Source of the DNA: Trichoplax adhaerens
Taxonomy: Eukaryota > Animalia > Placozoa
Assembly (NCBI RefSeq): GCF_000150275.1
Contig: NW_002060962.1
Span: 62,001-126,000, forward strand
Length of the DNA: 64,000 nt
Direction: 5' to 3'
Every line of letters begins with the position of its first letter. Position 1 is the first letter of the stretch. The translations under genes were made by a program, and so were the position numbers. The notes under the pieces are model-generated. The model ran no database searches. It had not been told where the DNA came from and worked only from the letters and a program-made list of their open reading frames with translations. Of this stretch, positions 39,411 to 53,224 are shown one piece after another.

Positions 39411-40559
39411 TTATTGTACCAGGTTCAAATCTAGCAATATTTCGCGTCCAATATGACCGTTATCGACATCCAGAAGTAGCTTCTTGAACTAAAATCGACA
39501 GAAATTAAAAATTTATTAATAATAGATAATGCAAATGGTGCGAGCAAAATTTAAGATAGCGATTTCGTTAGGTACTAATAGAAGTGTTCTTTGTCTATTA
39601 AAATGGTATACTCATATTAATTCTAGCTTAATATACTAGGATATTAGCCTTCTTGATCGATTGCTTATTTCTTTTACAACTGTTAAAATTTTTCAGTGAC
39701 TATTCAGTACTATTGTGGCTGATAATAGTACCGTGTTATATCGATTATACATTTTGATATTTTAATTAATGAGATAAAATACTAATTGATTTAAAATCCT
39801 TTTCCTTAGGGATAAATGCAACTATTCAGTTTTATTAATATTGTCACTAATAAAGGCACAAACATAGATCATACTGGCATCTGATTTAGTAAACGTGACA
39901 AAAGATAAGAGATTTAGATATTCTCTAGCAACAGTTACTGCCGTATGAATTCTTTTATTTTCTATTAAATGAACGTTGATTTCCAATAAGCGTAAAAATA
40001 GTGTCACTACTGAAGACTGATACATTATTAATTATTTAATTCGTAGCAGATAAAACTCGATAGAACTCTGTTTGGATAGGTCGATGCAGTATATGTAAAG
40101 ATATTCACTTATCAATTTAATAAAGCAAACAGTAATGAAAACATAGATTAAAAATTAATTACAAACATACAGTATCTTCTGAAAAATCTAGCAAGTGAAT
40201 ATTTGTAAATAATAGTTTGATTAAATGGCAATTACCGAGTAGTATTCCTTTAATAGAGCTAAATTTTCATTTTCTCGGCTTAAAACAGCGTTGGCTAAAT
40301 TCTGATAACGCAACTTCTTACGTACTCGACAATCTTTAGCCGATTGTCGGCATTTTTGTAATTTGGCCGCTTGGTCCATCAAGAGCGGCTTTCGACCTCG
40401 TTTATTTGGCATTTCAATTTTGTTATTACAATCATACTTGCAAGTAAATTTAGTATTTTTCGTTCTTCGCCCAATAGAGCTGTGGATATTACCAATTGAT
40501 GAAATCTTATTAGCAATATCGAGGTTTAATTTTTTACCGTTGGATTTCGATTTGACCAT
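39411..40559 (-). CDS. CREBL2: CREB-like 2 / REPTOR-BP-type bZIP protein, 2 coding exons (about 133 aa)
   Basis: Exon 40559-40236 contains KRGRKP...AKLQKCRQSAKDCRVRKKLRYQNLANAVLSRE, compared with recalled CREBL2 KRGRKP..KLERSRQSARECRARKKLRYQYLEELVSSRE. A phase-0 intron leads to exon 39488-39411, FKKLLLDVDNGHIGREILLDLNLVQ*. A probable 5' UTR exon ends at a donor near 41102. Confidence 0.82.
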
Positions 40560-41231
40560 ACTTTTTATTTTCAGTAAACGTTTGCAAGCTAGCTCAGTGA
40601 TGTTGGATGATATCCTAGACAGATAAGTTAGAAAATGTGGCTAGACTCAATATTACCGGGTATAATATAGTTATTGAAAATTTATTACATTGTTATAAAA
40701 TAGTGAGACGATATTTGAAAACAATAGTATTCTAGATTGTTGAATATCTATGAATTATCTTAACTACTTTTTTAAGTGATTACAACGGGATATTGTGCAA
40801 AATGACAACTTCAATATAAAATTGATTTTTGACCTTTGATGTTTACAGTTTCCGCTTTTATCGTAAGGGGAAAGCTCAATATTCAGGTAACTTGATTCTC
40901 TCTTGAATTGGTAAACAAATTAATAACAAGTTTATAGCCTAGCTCAATTTATTGACAGCTATAAAATTAAATGTCTGATATTGAGGTATTGACTTTAATT
41001 AGACGGCCGCTATTGATTAATTGAAGATAAAGTATTCTATTTACTTTATGAATTGATAAAAGTTATCCGTAGACCAAGATATAAATTCCGTAAAGAACTT
41101 ACCAAGTTTCTGCTAAAGCATATTATCACAGAATTCGCCAATACCAATATAGGATTTAGTATAACAAAATAAAGCTTCCATTATTATACAAAGTTGTTAC
41201 CCAATTTAGTATCAGTAGCTGCGTGCACCTG

Positions 41232-41274
41232 CTTCCGGTATTGGCTCCAGGATGGCGGTTGCCATGGACGTCAC
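41232..41274. promoter_or_regulatory. Dense promoter motif cluster upstream of the CREBL2-like gene
   Basis: Within 43 bp: CTTCCGG (ETS), ATTGG (CCAAT), GATGGCGG (YY1-like), GTTGCCATGG (RFX-like) and GACGTCAC (CRE-like), in a locally GC-rich patch. Confidence 0.55.
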
Positions 41275-44200
41275 CTTGAAAAATTCTTGACATCTAGATA
41301 TATTCGCCATTAATTGACGTTAAATGTGCAGTACTACAGAACAGCTTAAATATTTTTTCTATGGATTACAATATATTTAAAGTACAAAAGAAAAGCTGAT
41401 AAATTCACGAAGGAATTCTATTAAATAGATACAAACAAGATACAAATAGGTATTGTGAAGATCCATATTTAGCGAATAAGTCGGTGTTAGGTATTTTTCC
41501 TTGTATCAAAGACCCCGCCGGCTAGGCGCCAGCAGTATTTTTTATTCTTCTTATTTCTTTTTAGCTGTCGCTTTAGTTTTATTTCCCATTAAATGTAGAG
41601 ACTTATAGTCTCTTCAACAGCCTATCATTGAATTTATTGTTATTTATGATGGGTAGCCAAATAATCGAGATAGTGTACGGCAAGAGATAGGATCTTTTAC
41701 AATTTGCACAAAATGCAGTTAAGCCATTCGGCACCGTAAAAGGCAAACGGCAATGCTCTTCTGAGCATTTTACCTTGATTTAACTACTTTGTACAATATT
41801 CCAAGGGTCTACTGTTGACATTAGCAAGTGTAGGACTGTAGTATAAGTTTCCCAAGTTATCTACTTAACCCAATGGCAACAGCTACTGAATGAATTTCGA
41901 TAGCATTCACGCATAATTGTATATTCTATGTCCACCATTCCCGGAATTGATGCCACAGCTATTAATCAAAATAGTTTATTCAAAAAATAAGGCATAATTG
42001 TTTGTGAAAAAGAAAAATACAGAAGTTTTGTAAATATATGGGTTATAATATAGTACATATAGAAATTAATGAAGTACAAGTAGATGTCCTACATGTTCTA
42101 AAAAGTATGGTAAATAATGTACAAGAATATATTTGTTAACAGAAGTAAAACATCGGTTATACTTTATGTTGGTATGCTACTGTTTCAGTCTGGTATTTGA
42201 AGTAAGAAATAACAATGGTTAATAAAAACAGATTTATAAATAATAACAATTTACTAATTAATCATCGGCGTCTTGGTCAACGTTTTTGATAGTTTATTGA
42301 TTCATAAACAATACTTGTATTATTATCTTAACGTATATATCAGTCATAAACAGGAGAAACTAGTAACTGTATCCTTCAATCCTTGAAGACTGCATGGCTA
42401 TATTTGTATCAATCTAAGAATATTGACGCCACTTCATTACACAATTTTTCACATCGCTTAATAAATAATGTAATTATCTATATAAATCTTGTCTATCCCG
42501 ATCGCTTTAAATTATCTCATTAGTGTACGTAACGCATAATGAAGTTGATAGTTTAAATCAACATGAATTAATTATTTTAAAATGAAACACATTAACCTCT
42601 TCAACTAAATCAATCATAGCAATGCAATTGCTCTTGACAAGAACTTTAACATACATAAAAAATTGATTTTTATTTTGCTAAAATCAAGATACTATTCAAT
42701 GATGGGATCTCATGTCATTTAGCTAGTCACATTGGCTACGGTATCTTTTCAATCACTTACCTATACAACTCTATACAGTGCACAGTAAATGAAAACATTT
42801 CATCAGAAGGGGATGATATGGTAGGATATTTACATCCGCACAATTACATGGGACAATTTTGAAGCATGGTTTGTCCACTTACTGAAATTACTGCAATAAT
42901 GCATTATAACCCTATATATTGTATTTTATTTATATTGTTTCATTTTTATAGTACAAGAAATAATATTATTATTACAGCTAACTTTTGGTCATAAAATCTT
43001 CAATGGATAAAACTTTCAATAAATACAACAGGAGCTTAGAATTAAACTGAAATTAATCGATGCATTTTTCTACAACACAAATGAACTGACAATAATCAAC
43101 GAAGTGTCTAGACTGGTATAATATGCAAATAGAGAGAGATAATAAACTTTCATTGCACAAATGTGTTATGATGCTCTAGCACTTGAATCAAATTGTTATT
43201 GCTTTGATATCTGGACATACAAGTTCATGATCAACTACTAAATTGCGCTATAGCAAGCAATACATCATGTGTTATGCAACTTCGCATGATTTGTCGTAAC
43301 AGGATATCCTTAATATTTTCAATGAATAAAAAATTTTACTTCCTGTAAATTTGGCCTTATTGTACTTCCTCACGGAAGGAAATATGTATACCATTATTTG
43401 AGTTCGTAAATATGATAGAGTGGACTGTAGTCCGCGAAATTCTTATAAGAAAATGCTACGTTATGGCTGCGAAATCAGATAGAGTTAATGATTTATATTC
43501 AGGAATTTTTCTCTTTCCTTAAATTTCGCATCCACTTTCAAGTACAGTAGATTTAAGATGATTTTCAAGGTCATTTAACAGAAATACCGGTAGAAAATTA
43601 TTTCCAGTATGAATTAGCGATAGCCAATAATTATAATCTTTCAGGCAGATTGATGATGCATTACAGTGCAGAATCATGCATAGGTAAACTTTACTGTAGT
43701 TTTGAACTACCATTACGTTAAATTTTTTTTTAAATCAGTCTTATTAATTGAATTATATTCGATAACTATGAAATTAGTATAAAAATTAACTACTAATGGC
43801 TATTATACAGTGCATTGCGTTAATAGACAGGAGGCCAAGATTTGTTATCTTTCAGAGTTTCTCTGTCGTCATGGCTTACTATTAAGACATTTTGTAAGAA
43901 ATCTCCTTTAATAAGATTTAAATTATTATTAATTAACTCGTGGTAAACAACATCTGATTTTAGATACGCGACTATGTGTAAAATTTATATGGATACTATT
44001 GTAATTAATCTATTTTATTTTTTACTCGTCTTTGAACTTAATACAGGGCTTCATGGGTTATCAATAAATTTTTTTAAAATTTAAGTATAATCAAATATCA
44101 ACCAGGCGTTAATTAATTAATTACATTGAAAGAATTGCAAAAGGCTTCACATGGTCGATACTGTAGTCAGCCTAGTTTAGTAGGCAATAATCGAATTTAG

Positions 44201-45780
44201 ATATCGGTATCCTATCAACTAAGTATAGCCTCCTTTCAATGAATACCGATAAAATTAATTAAAAAGAACCAGAATTGCAAACTTAACGGAAACAAGGACA
44301 AATCCTAGTCTGATATATAAAGCTTCATTAATTTATAAAGTAAACCTAGTAACTATCTTAAATTAATTGAAATTCTCGATAATGAAAAAAACACCCTGCA
44401 TCGAGCTGTGCTTCATATTTTATCGCTTTTATTTACTATACAAATCAATGATTTTTAGCAGAAAGAAGGTAAACAAATACGTAAAAATAATCATTACTAC
44501 CCGCATAATTTTTGCTTAAGCTTACTAAACATTAAACACGTATAAAAATTTTCAAGGTGAATGTAAACTTTATCAAAAACTATGTGACGGCTATCGTCTG
44601 TAACTCTTCGACATAATATATCCTAGCCAGTAAAAAATTTTATCTAACAGTCCTTGGTTATCAAGGCTGTATTCTATGAGAAGAGTATGAATGTGTATAT
44701 CCACATTTATTATTAGACGTAGAAAATAAAAATATTATATAACCGTTAAGCAACGATAAACATAACGGTACTGAAAATAGACGCAGTCGTGTAGTGCAGT
44801 ATAGTGGAAAGTATCGTACTATGTGTATTCAACTAGCTCACTAGTCAACCATTGCAGCGGTTAGGCTAAAGGCATCCTTCGATCTATATATCTAAAAACA
44901 TAATAGTTGTCTACAGAAGACTCTGGGTGTACATGCCAAGTAAACCTAAATTCTATCGTGTAGACAACATTATACTCTAGGATATCGGTACTATAAACAA
45001 TTAAAGGACGGTATATGTACCCGTTATACTCAACAGTAACTAGGCTAAAAGCAGCATTTGAATTTATGCCTCTGTAGCGAATAGGTTCCATAAAATTGAG
45101 TAAATCTCTAACATGACGCAATTAGTACTACCGTACTTCATGTTACTGCTGTAATTAGTTGAAATCTCCTCCACCTCATCTAAATGAGCAGTGAATTGTC
45201 CATGAAAAGCTCTGAAAGTATGTTATCGGGTAAATTCTTTATATTCAATGGTCTTTGCTAGCCTAAATTCTATCGTTGGACAATATTGAATACCATAAAA
45301 AAATACCATACTTTATTGTACTGCTTACTATATATACGAGCGTACATTTACCTAACAACTGATCCTACCCTTCGGTTACAATTGTTAGGCTGAAAGTAGC
45401 ATTTAATTTATATTTCATATCTAACAATGCAAACGATTATTAGCGGAAGGCTCTGAACGTACATTATCGTCAAAAAAAAAAATTCTACGTCCGATAGGTC
45501 TGTACTTCCTGTAGTTAGACTACTGTAAATCGCTTATATATTTTCTATAGAAGCTACTGTACGGACATAGATCACAAGTTACCAAAGATCTTTATGGACT
45601 GGTAGCTCTTGCAGTCCAAACTCTACTCTATAAGTATAGGAAGAAACTATATAAGGTATATATTCGTTGAAGCATACATTTAATATAATCGTAGATTCGT
45701 ATATCATACACAAGAGTATCAAAAATTCTATATGTTATTGCTATACTATTTATTTTTTCTATAATGGTGGTGATGCTGGC

Positions 45781-45794
45781 GTTACCATAACAAC
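45781..45794. promoter_or_regulatory. Probable RFX X-box upstream of SPEF1
   Basis: GTTACCATAACAAC, a 14-bp X-box-like site about 785 nt upstream of the SPEF1 ATG. Confidence 0.5.
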
Positions 45795-46565
45795 AGCGAT
45801 GAAAATATTGCTATGCGCGAGAAGCAACCTATTACTACTGCTATGGGCTCCGTAGACTTTGTAGATGTTCTTGTCTATTCTATTGCACTATAACTATTGT
45901 ATGGGCGATAGGATTGCATAAACTGTGCTCTGTTCGGATGCTGGTATAGTAATTTCTGTATAATATCGATCAGAACTAATGACAAAGTACACTTAGGCTC
46001 AAGGCTATGTACGAGTATAGATTTTCATGCGCAGCAAATGCAGTAAATAGACATGAGAATAGTGGGCAGTGGATAAATATCTGTAAGGATAATAATATTA
46101 TACCAATTCTTTATATTAATACAATCATTGATCTTGCGTCATTTTGGCCATTAAATCTGGTAAAATTACTGGACATATTGGAATTTCTTTTAAAACTACA
46201 TACTGGAACTCCATAAGTCTGAGTGTTTTTTCGATTTCTGATCCAGACTTATTTAGATAGAGTGATATAATCTTGAAGATTCTGACTATATAAAAAATGG
46301 CCTTTGGAACTCTGTGATACTCTAACCATTTTAAGATACTTGGGTAATTGCTCGTGGTTAAAATTTGGGGTAATTTTAGCTTATACAAGGACTTTGGTGA
46401 ATTACTGGTATAGCCACGAAGAAAATCATCCTTCACTGATACATTTAAAATTGCAAATTACTTTCATTCGCACTGTGATAAACAAAATTAGTTACCATCC
46501 ACAAATCGGTGTAAAATATTGCTAGATTGTTAATCACTAAGAAAAGTAAAACTGCACTATTACTC

Positions 46566-49019
46566 ATGGAAGAAATGGAAGGATATAGCATGGATGAAGA
46601 TGAATTAAAGCAATTATACGCTTGGATTGATGGAATACCTTTAAGTAGGCAGAAAAAGAATATAACTAGAGACTTTAGCGATGGAGGTTAGTGATAATAT
46701 TACACAATATTCTTATGATAATAACGATATAAGCGATCGTTACCTCTAATTCTTCGAATTGAGATTCTGTAAATCGATTTGCTTCTAATTTACGATACTG
46801 GATAGTATGATTACAGATATATAGTATTAAAGATAAAGTCCATCGATTATTCATTATCACAGGATCAACATTATAGTGCTTAGTAATAGCATGATATGAG
46901 TAACTAAATGAACAGAAAATTATCCAATTTAATATTAGGCAAAGAATTTATACTAGTGTTGAGATAGTAAAACCAAATAAACTTTAATTTGATATTAATT
47001 ATCTTATTTAAGTATGTTTAAGTGTTGTAACTTTAAAATAGATGCTGAATATGACATAAAGAAAGATGCTTTAAATTAATACTTGCAAGTTGATGGCTTT
47101 ACAACTAACCCTGGCTTATACTTGCAATCGTTATCTTCTCTTAATACAGTTTTGGTTGCTGAGGTAGTACATCACTTCTTACCTAAGTTAGTAGACCTTC
47201 ATAATTTCTCTCCAGCGAACTCTGCAACACAGAAAGTAGACAACTGGAATGTACTAAATCGTAAGGATTTCATTTCCTTGATTAAACATCATCTTTATAA
47301 GCTACAGTAAAAAAATTACACTAATTACTTTTTTCTACTTATGATTTGTTATGTAGGGAAAGTTTTCACAAGGCTAAATTTTCATTTACCAGAGGACGTT
47401 TTGCAAAGTATCGTAAAATGTAAACCGGGCGTAGTTGAATTTCTGTTGAATAATCTTAGACTCAAGGTAGTGTATTTGTGAATAGGTAGTTTTTCTTTTG
47501 AAATATTGATAGATTAACAATTCTAATGATATGATGATGGAAATTATTAGATCAAGAAATTTAAGGCAAAATCAAGTGGTAAAATATATAAACAAAAATC
47601 AGATTTTTCTCAGCAAATACATCATCAACGCCGCGGTCAGTCATCACAGAATAGTAATCAGGCTTTTGCTGGACAACCTTCCACTTATCCTGATTCTCAG
47701 AGTAAGCTATTAAACTAACATACAAGGGCAAAATTTTAAAAACTTTACTTAAAAGCTACTCAGAGTTAATCGACTGTTGTGTACATTCTTTCGGATTAAT
47801 AATTTATTTCTTTGAATATTGATTTATTATCATTACAGGTTACGTTGTCAATGCATACCACAATCCAGCAGCGGGGCAATTTAACGGACCATTTCATCCA
47901 CCAATCCAGCATAATCATCAGGTAAAAATGATATTACTATGTCTATAACAACCGAAAGGAAATAATTTAGTACGAAATAGTAATTAAATTGAGCTTACAT
48001 CTTTGTTATCTATCTCAAATCACAGCAGACACACTATTTGTATGATATTCCAACTGATGAACGTGGAATCATGCACGAAGCTAACACTAAAAGTAGAAAA
48101 CCAAGTAACGGCTACGGGCAAAATATAAATCATAGACCGGTAAAAGGCAGTAAATCTCAACCTGTGAGGTAGGTAACGATTTCTAACGAACAGTTAGCTA
48201 TCAGTTTATCTAAAAAGATCATAATTAGATCATTACGTATACACTGCAGCTCTCGCTAATTTTAGAGTTATATCAACATCATATCTACAGTAGTGGATGC
48301 AGATTACATGCAAATAGAATACAGAAGCGAAGGCAGTAAAAGAATTATAAATAAGATGATGCCATATATGCATACAGTGTTATCAGGATTAGCGTTATAT
48401 AGCCTTTAGGGTAGCAACAGCAGCACTAGTAAGACTTTTATTTCGATAAGAAAGAAAAATAGTAATAAAGCTAAAATACGAATTGCAATAGAAACATTCT
48501 TCTCCACTAATATGCAGACAATTGAGTCAATTTTGACCGTTACGCTTATAACTTATTTGATGATAGTCAGTTTTAGTTATCCAATACCGTAGAGATATAA
48601 AAGTGAGCTTACTCATTCATTTATTCATTAATAATTTTCTCTATAACTCAGTCAAGAAGCAGTGATAGCCATGGAAGAAAAGACGCAAGCTCTACTTGCT
48701 TCACAAGAGACCATACAAGTAAGTAAAAGAATGCTTTAGAGATAACAAGCAAAAATACATTTGAAATCTAAGAAGTCCAATAACTTTTCTAACAAGCATT
48801 CACGATTGACGATAACAGTAAAACAGTAAATATAGTATAAATAGCAATAGCTTCTTTAAGCTATGATTCCACTCGTGTTTATATGTAATTTTTTAAATCA
48901 TCTAGATTTTACAAGCTAAAATACGGAGAATTGAACACTTGCTTCATTTAAAGGATTTAAGAATTGAAGAATTACAGTCAAGACTTATATCTTATGAATC
49001 CAAAGGCGATCGTAGATAG
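46566..49019 (+). CDS. SPEF1: Sperm flagellar protein 1 (CH domain plus C-terminal coiled coil), about 8 exons
   Basis: LKQLYAWIDGIPLSRQKKNITRDFSDG/VLVAEVVHHFLPKLVDLHNFSPANSATQKVDNWNVLN/RKVFTRLNF...KPGVVEFLL, and C-terminal EEKTQALLASQETIQ/ILQAKIRRIEHLLHLKDLRIEEL. Both are hallmark SPEF1/CLAMP segments. Confidence 0.95.
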
Positions 49020-51621
49020 CACCTTTTTAAGACACTCAGAAGAGTATGCATAGAACAAGTCAATGACCTGTTTGAACTAACTTCAAATTGAATGTCTTGA
49101 TCTATATATATAATATATATTTACGAATCATCTTAGCTATAAAATTGTAAAGCAATCCCTGATGTAACAATGATAAAGTGCTCCATAAAATTCATAGCTA
49201 TTTTAATAAAATTATAATTGGATTTGATAATATTATCACTGTTACTTTAATGTACAAATGCTGTAATGTTTGTAAATGATAAGGATCTCCGGTTTCTTCT
49301 TTGTAAGAAAGTGGGGTTATTCCTGGATGATAATTAATCGGCAGCTGCCTATAAACACGCATGTATCAAAAAGCATGATGCTTTATTAATGCTCTACACT
49401 AAATGAAATGTTAAGAGCATCTTGATGTTAAACCGTTTCTATCACTGCTTAGATACTTGATAAGAGTTAATAAATTGAATGATTGGAAAAAGAAAACAAC
49501 TATCTGCCTACTGTCGACATTAGCGTTAATGCTATTTTATGTATAGTTCCCTAATTAAATGGGTATTTTTATCTCTATTGCTATACTGTTACGATCTGTT
49601 CGCATCGAATCGTCCTCTAAATATTTTTACCATCTTGGATGCTAGATGGAGAACACTGATCATTGCAATACTGTATGATTCTAAACTGCATTATCGTAAT
49701 TAACTGATAAATCGTCACACAAAAATACGGCATACGTGTAAATTAGCTTCATAAAGAATATCATACTGCTTGAATCAATGTTTATGCTACACATATAGAA
49801 TAGAATGTGATATTCAATAAAGGTTCTTTATTTCGGATTTACCATGTCCAATTTTTCTACAACGGAAATATTTATGCTGCCATTACAGAATCTAGGCCTT
49901 TTAAGGTAAATATTTCAGTCGTATCAAATGTTAAGTTGCAAATACAGCCCGCATGTTACTGTTATCATATATCAAATTTTCGGCAAGTTTAGCATGGTTA
50001 TTCATTAAATTGATGCAAAACAGTACATACTCGTACACATAGTATACGAGATACCAATGTACAAAAATAGGCTCAGTATTTAGAATACACGAGTATAAAA
50101 TTAGTTCTCGTTTTCATTGGTATTAAGCTTATTAAGTATGTACTGTCAACAATTAAATTAAATTAAATTAGCGCAACAACAATTTTTTTTCTGCTTGTTT
50201 ATACGCGTATATTACATACAGTATGTATATATACATATATATATTGCTATTACATTGCATATCGTGTTTTATAGGTAACGCTTGCTACAGATTATCAATG
50301 GGAGCAGCTTTTAGGCGAAAAGAGAATATACAGTCAAAAAGCATTACACCAGGTTACTGTATAAAATCGTTTTGAACGCCTAAGTATAATAAGCGCGTAC
50401 GTACAGTGCATTTTCTAGCATCCACTAACAAGCATGTTTAAAACATGAAGTTGTTACTATTAAGCATATTTCTATCTTTCTATATACATGATACTATTAG
50501 GTGATACATGTCATTATCTAAAGATTGGTGTTAGATTCATAACATAATCAATTCAACAATTTTACAATGGATGACCAGTTTACAAATTGGCATGATGACT
50601 TTGCTTAAGCATTATTCTACATAGTATGGCGAGTAGAGAGAATCAACACTGCAAAGAGTTTTTAAACTTATTAACTTACTATCACTTAGTAACACGTCGA
50701 TATTGATGATGTCATTCACACATCTGGAGAATAATTCTTAGAATTCATTTATGACTTCTACACGTGCTATGATGGTGAATAACAATATTATAATTAATTA
50801 ATTCTGAAATGGAGGAAGAAATCTGCTTCATCAATTCTCAGGATTAGACTACAGTATCTCTCCTACAGTACGAGACAGTAGCACACAGTGTAAAGTACTA
50901 TACGGTACAGTACCGTACAATGCTATAGAAATTCACTCTTCTAGTAATCCTCCAACCAGGCCAGGGTCCATCCGTTTTGCGCAGGCGTCAAAGACCCCAT
51001 CAAAGTAAACGGTCGAGTAATAATTCATGTTGACAAAATTGGCGAAAAGCCGCTTGCAAATGGAGATTGGACTATCCTTGAGTGCATTGCTTGCCTTTAC
51101 CCTGTATAGGATGCCAAATAAAGCATCAAATACAGTTAAGCGATGATGGAAATGGATATAAGTGATTGTGATTTGATGCAATCTTGCAAGCAATGTCTGT
51201 TGTTGATTGCTATGCAAATATGACAATTCTAGTATAGGACGTTTTTTTCCCCATTCGGAGATGAAACAAAAGTCGATATGCAATCATGTCAAATTCTTTT
51301 TGACTTCTCTTTCTATATACATAAACGACCCATCACAGCATTCGATGCCAAGTAAAATTATAGTAATATTCTATAGCACAAGTTAGCAACAGCTAATCAT
51401 CTTTACTCTACGTGTATCCCATGGGTGGACCCAATTTTTGGAAATAGAAATCAACGTTATCTGTGCATATTATATAGCTCTTGTAGGTTAATCAAGAAAA
51501 ATTGTACTGACGGTTAGGTCCATGCAATCTATCTTATCTACCTTCCAATACGGGTAGGATGAGATAGAAAGGCTTATTTTCTTGCTACAGATGGACTAAC
51601 CTGTTTAAGTAAAGGATCGAT

Positions 51622-52638
51622 TTAAAGCGATTTGATATTATCAGGTTGAAAAAAGTTCCTCTTGAGTATTTCGTATGTGGCATTGATAATGCCCCAAGAG
51701 ATTAATGATCTCATAAAATTAGCTTGAACGCCGTAATACAATTTTTGAACACTACGATTTCTGTCGTTAAAGACCTTGATAAAGGTTTTATTGAAACTTG
51801 TAAACTCTCCGCCAGCTTTCCGTTGCATGACACTCTTAACGACGTTGAGAGGATAATACATGGTGCTGATAACTGCACCAAGAACGGCACCACTAACGAA
51901 ATCACTGGCGATATTGCCGGCGCTCGATTGATAATTAGGCAAAATATTTCGAACAGGTTCTCGCAATGCAAAATAGACAGCATTACTAGGTCCATTCCGT
52001 ATTAAGATCGGAGTTAAACCGCGATAATATTCCTTTAAACCAAAACGCTTTAAATTGTGAAAAGCTTGTACCGTGTTCGTATATTTCCTTTGTTGATGTC
52101 GGTCTTGGAGCAAGACTTGAACTCTTTCGAACGGCGTCAAGATTGCTTCAGTGGTTCCAGCTAAGGTAGCGGCAAGTAATTTTACCGGTAGTGCAGGAAG
52201 TGTTGATCCATGATTCCAACGATGGATCTGTTTATTATAAAAGTCATACAGGCCAAAAGTCAAGGAAAGTGTAGTACACTTTAACAACAATGGTGGGCCT
52301 AGACCTCGATACAAATTTCGAACACCTTCTAATTGTAATTGCTTGACTGCACTGGATAAATTGATACCATGAATCTGTTGGCGAAAGATAGCTTTATTAA
52401 CAGGAAAAGTCAAGACAATATTGGCGAAAGCAGCACCAGCACCGCAAACAAATTCCGGCGAACTTTTACTATTAGGAGATACATTACTACGAATTTGTGT
52501 ACTACTATAACCTTCGGTGACATTAAAGTGAACACTTGTCGCATTATTCTTGATCGACGAGAAATGATTTCTGGGCAAATAGATGAGCATGGCTAACGCC
52601 GGTGTTTCATGGCTGACTAGCATAAAAGTGACATCCAT
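51622..52638 (-). CDS. SLC25A51: Mitochondrial carrier SLC25A51/MCART1-like (NAD+ transporter), single coding exon; true start may be a later Met
   Basis: Three carrier repeats: FPVNKAIFRQQ, TPFERVQVLLQ and YPLNVVKSVMQ. The segments RNLYRGLGPPLL, EYYRGLTPILIRNGPSNAVYF and RSLISWGIINATYE match SLC25A51/52. Confidence 0.9.
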   Translation of the reverse strand: MDVTFMLVSHETPALAMLIYLPRNHFSSIKNNATSVHFNVTEGYSSTQIRSNVSPNSKSSPEFVCGAGAAFANIVLTFPVNKAIFRQQIHGINLSSAVKQLQLEGVRNLYRGLGPPLLLKCTTLSLTFGLYDFYNKQIHRWNHGSTLPALPVKLLAATLAGTTEAILTPFERVQVLLQDRHQQRKYTNTVQAFHNLKRFGLKEYYRGLTPILIRNGPSNAVYFALREPVRNILPNYQSSAGNIASDFVSGAVLGAVISTMYYPLNVVKSVMQRKAGGEFTSFNKTFIKVFNDRNRSVQKLYYGVQANFMRSLISWGIINATYEILKRNFFQPDNIKSL

Positions 52639-53224
52639 CTTTTACCATTCATTAGTGTTTTCAACCAGTGAGAATAGCTTGTACAAGCGTTAATATCAAG
52701 TCTTTTTCAACACGATAGCTCACTAATCGTGTCCAATTGGACAGTAAAGCAATGGATCAATGTGAGAATTAGGGTGGCTAGTGGCAAATTGCATGTAGAA
52801 AAACAACAAATTACCTTGGCAGCGGGCAACCAACAGCAAAATCGAACAACTGAGTCTACTAACTCAATCCTGACTATTTATATCAGTCTAATGGGTGTTC
52901 TTCCGTCGGGGCGTAGTTTACAGTATCAATAAATTGGGGATAAAAGGGTATGGAACATGGCTTAGCCTTATAGGCTTTCAACTGTCGTCCACTGGGAAAT
53001 CTTGTTGCCACTCACCACCCACAAAGACTACCAAAACACCACGCCGAGCACCATCAACTACTATACTTAGATTCGGTATTGATCTAGTGTATATTAGGCA
53101 AAATAACTATGACGTCACTTAGCTAGCGAAAAAGGATTGAGCGATCCAACCGCCTTGTATTTTTCTTCCTCTATTGGTAGTCTATGAGGTAGCTCATGTC
53201 CAAAATGATTTCTTCTGCTGACCT

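Noticed and set aside
41770-42900. Exon-like segments with good minus-strand splice sites (about 41775-41838 and 42761-42892)
   Set aside because: All three frames contain stops. At most they are UTR or lncRNA exons, which cannot be supported from sequence alone.
50960-51005. Possible SECIS hairpin on the minus strand (TTGATGGGGTC...GACCCTGG)
   Set aside because: It lacks the 3' GA of the quartet and correctly placed apical AA, and there is no recognisable selenoprotein upstream.
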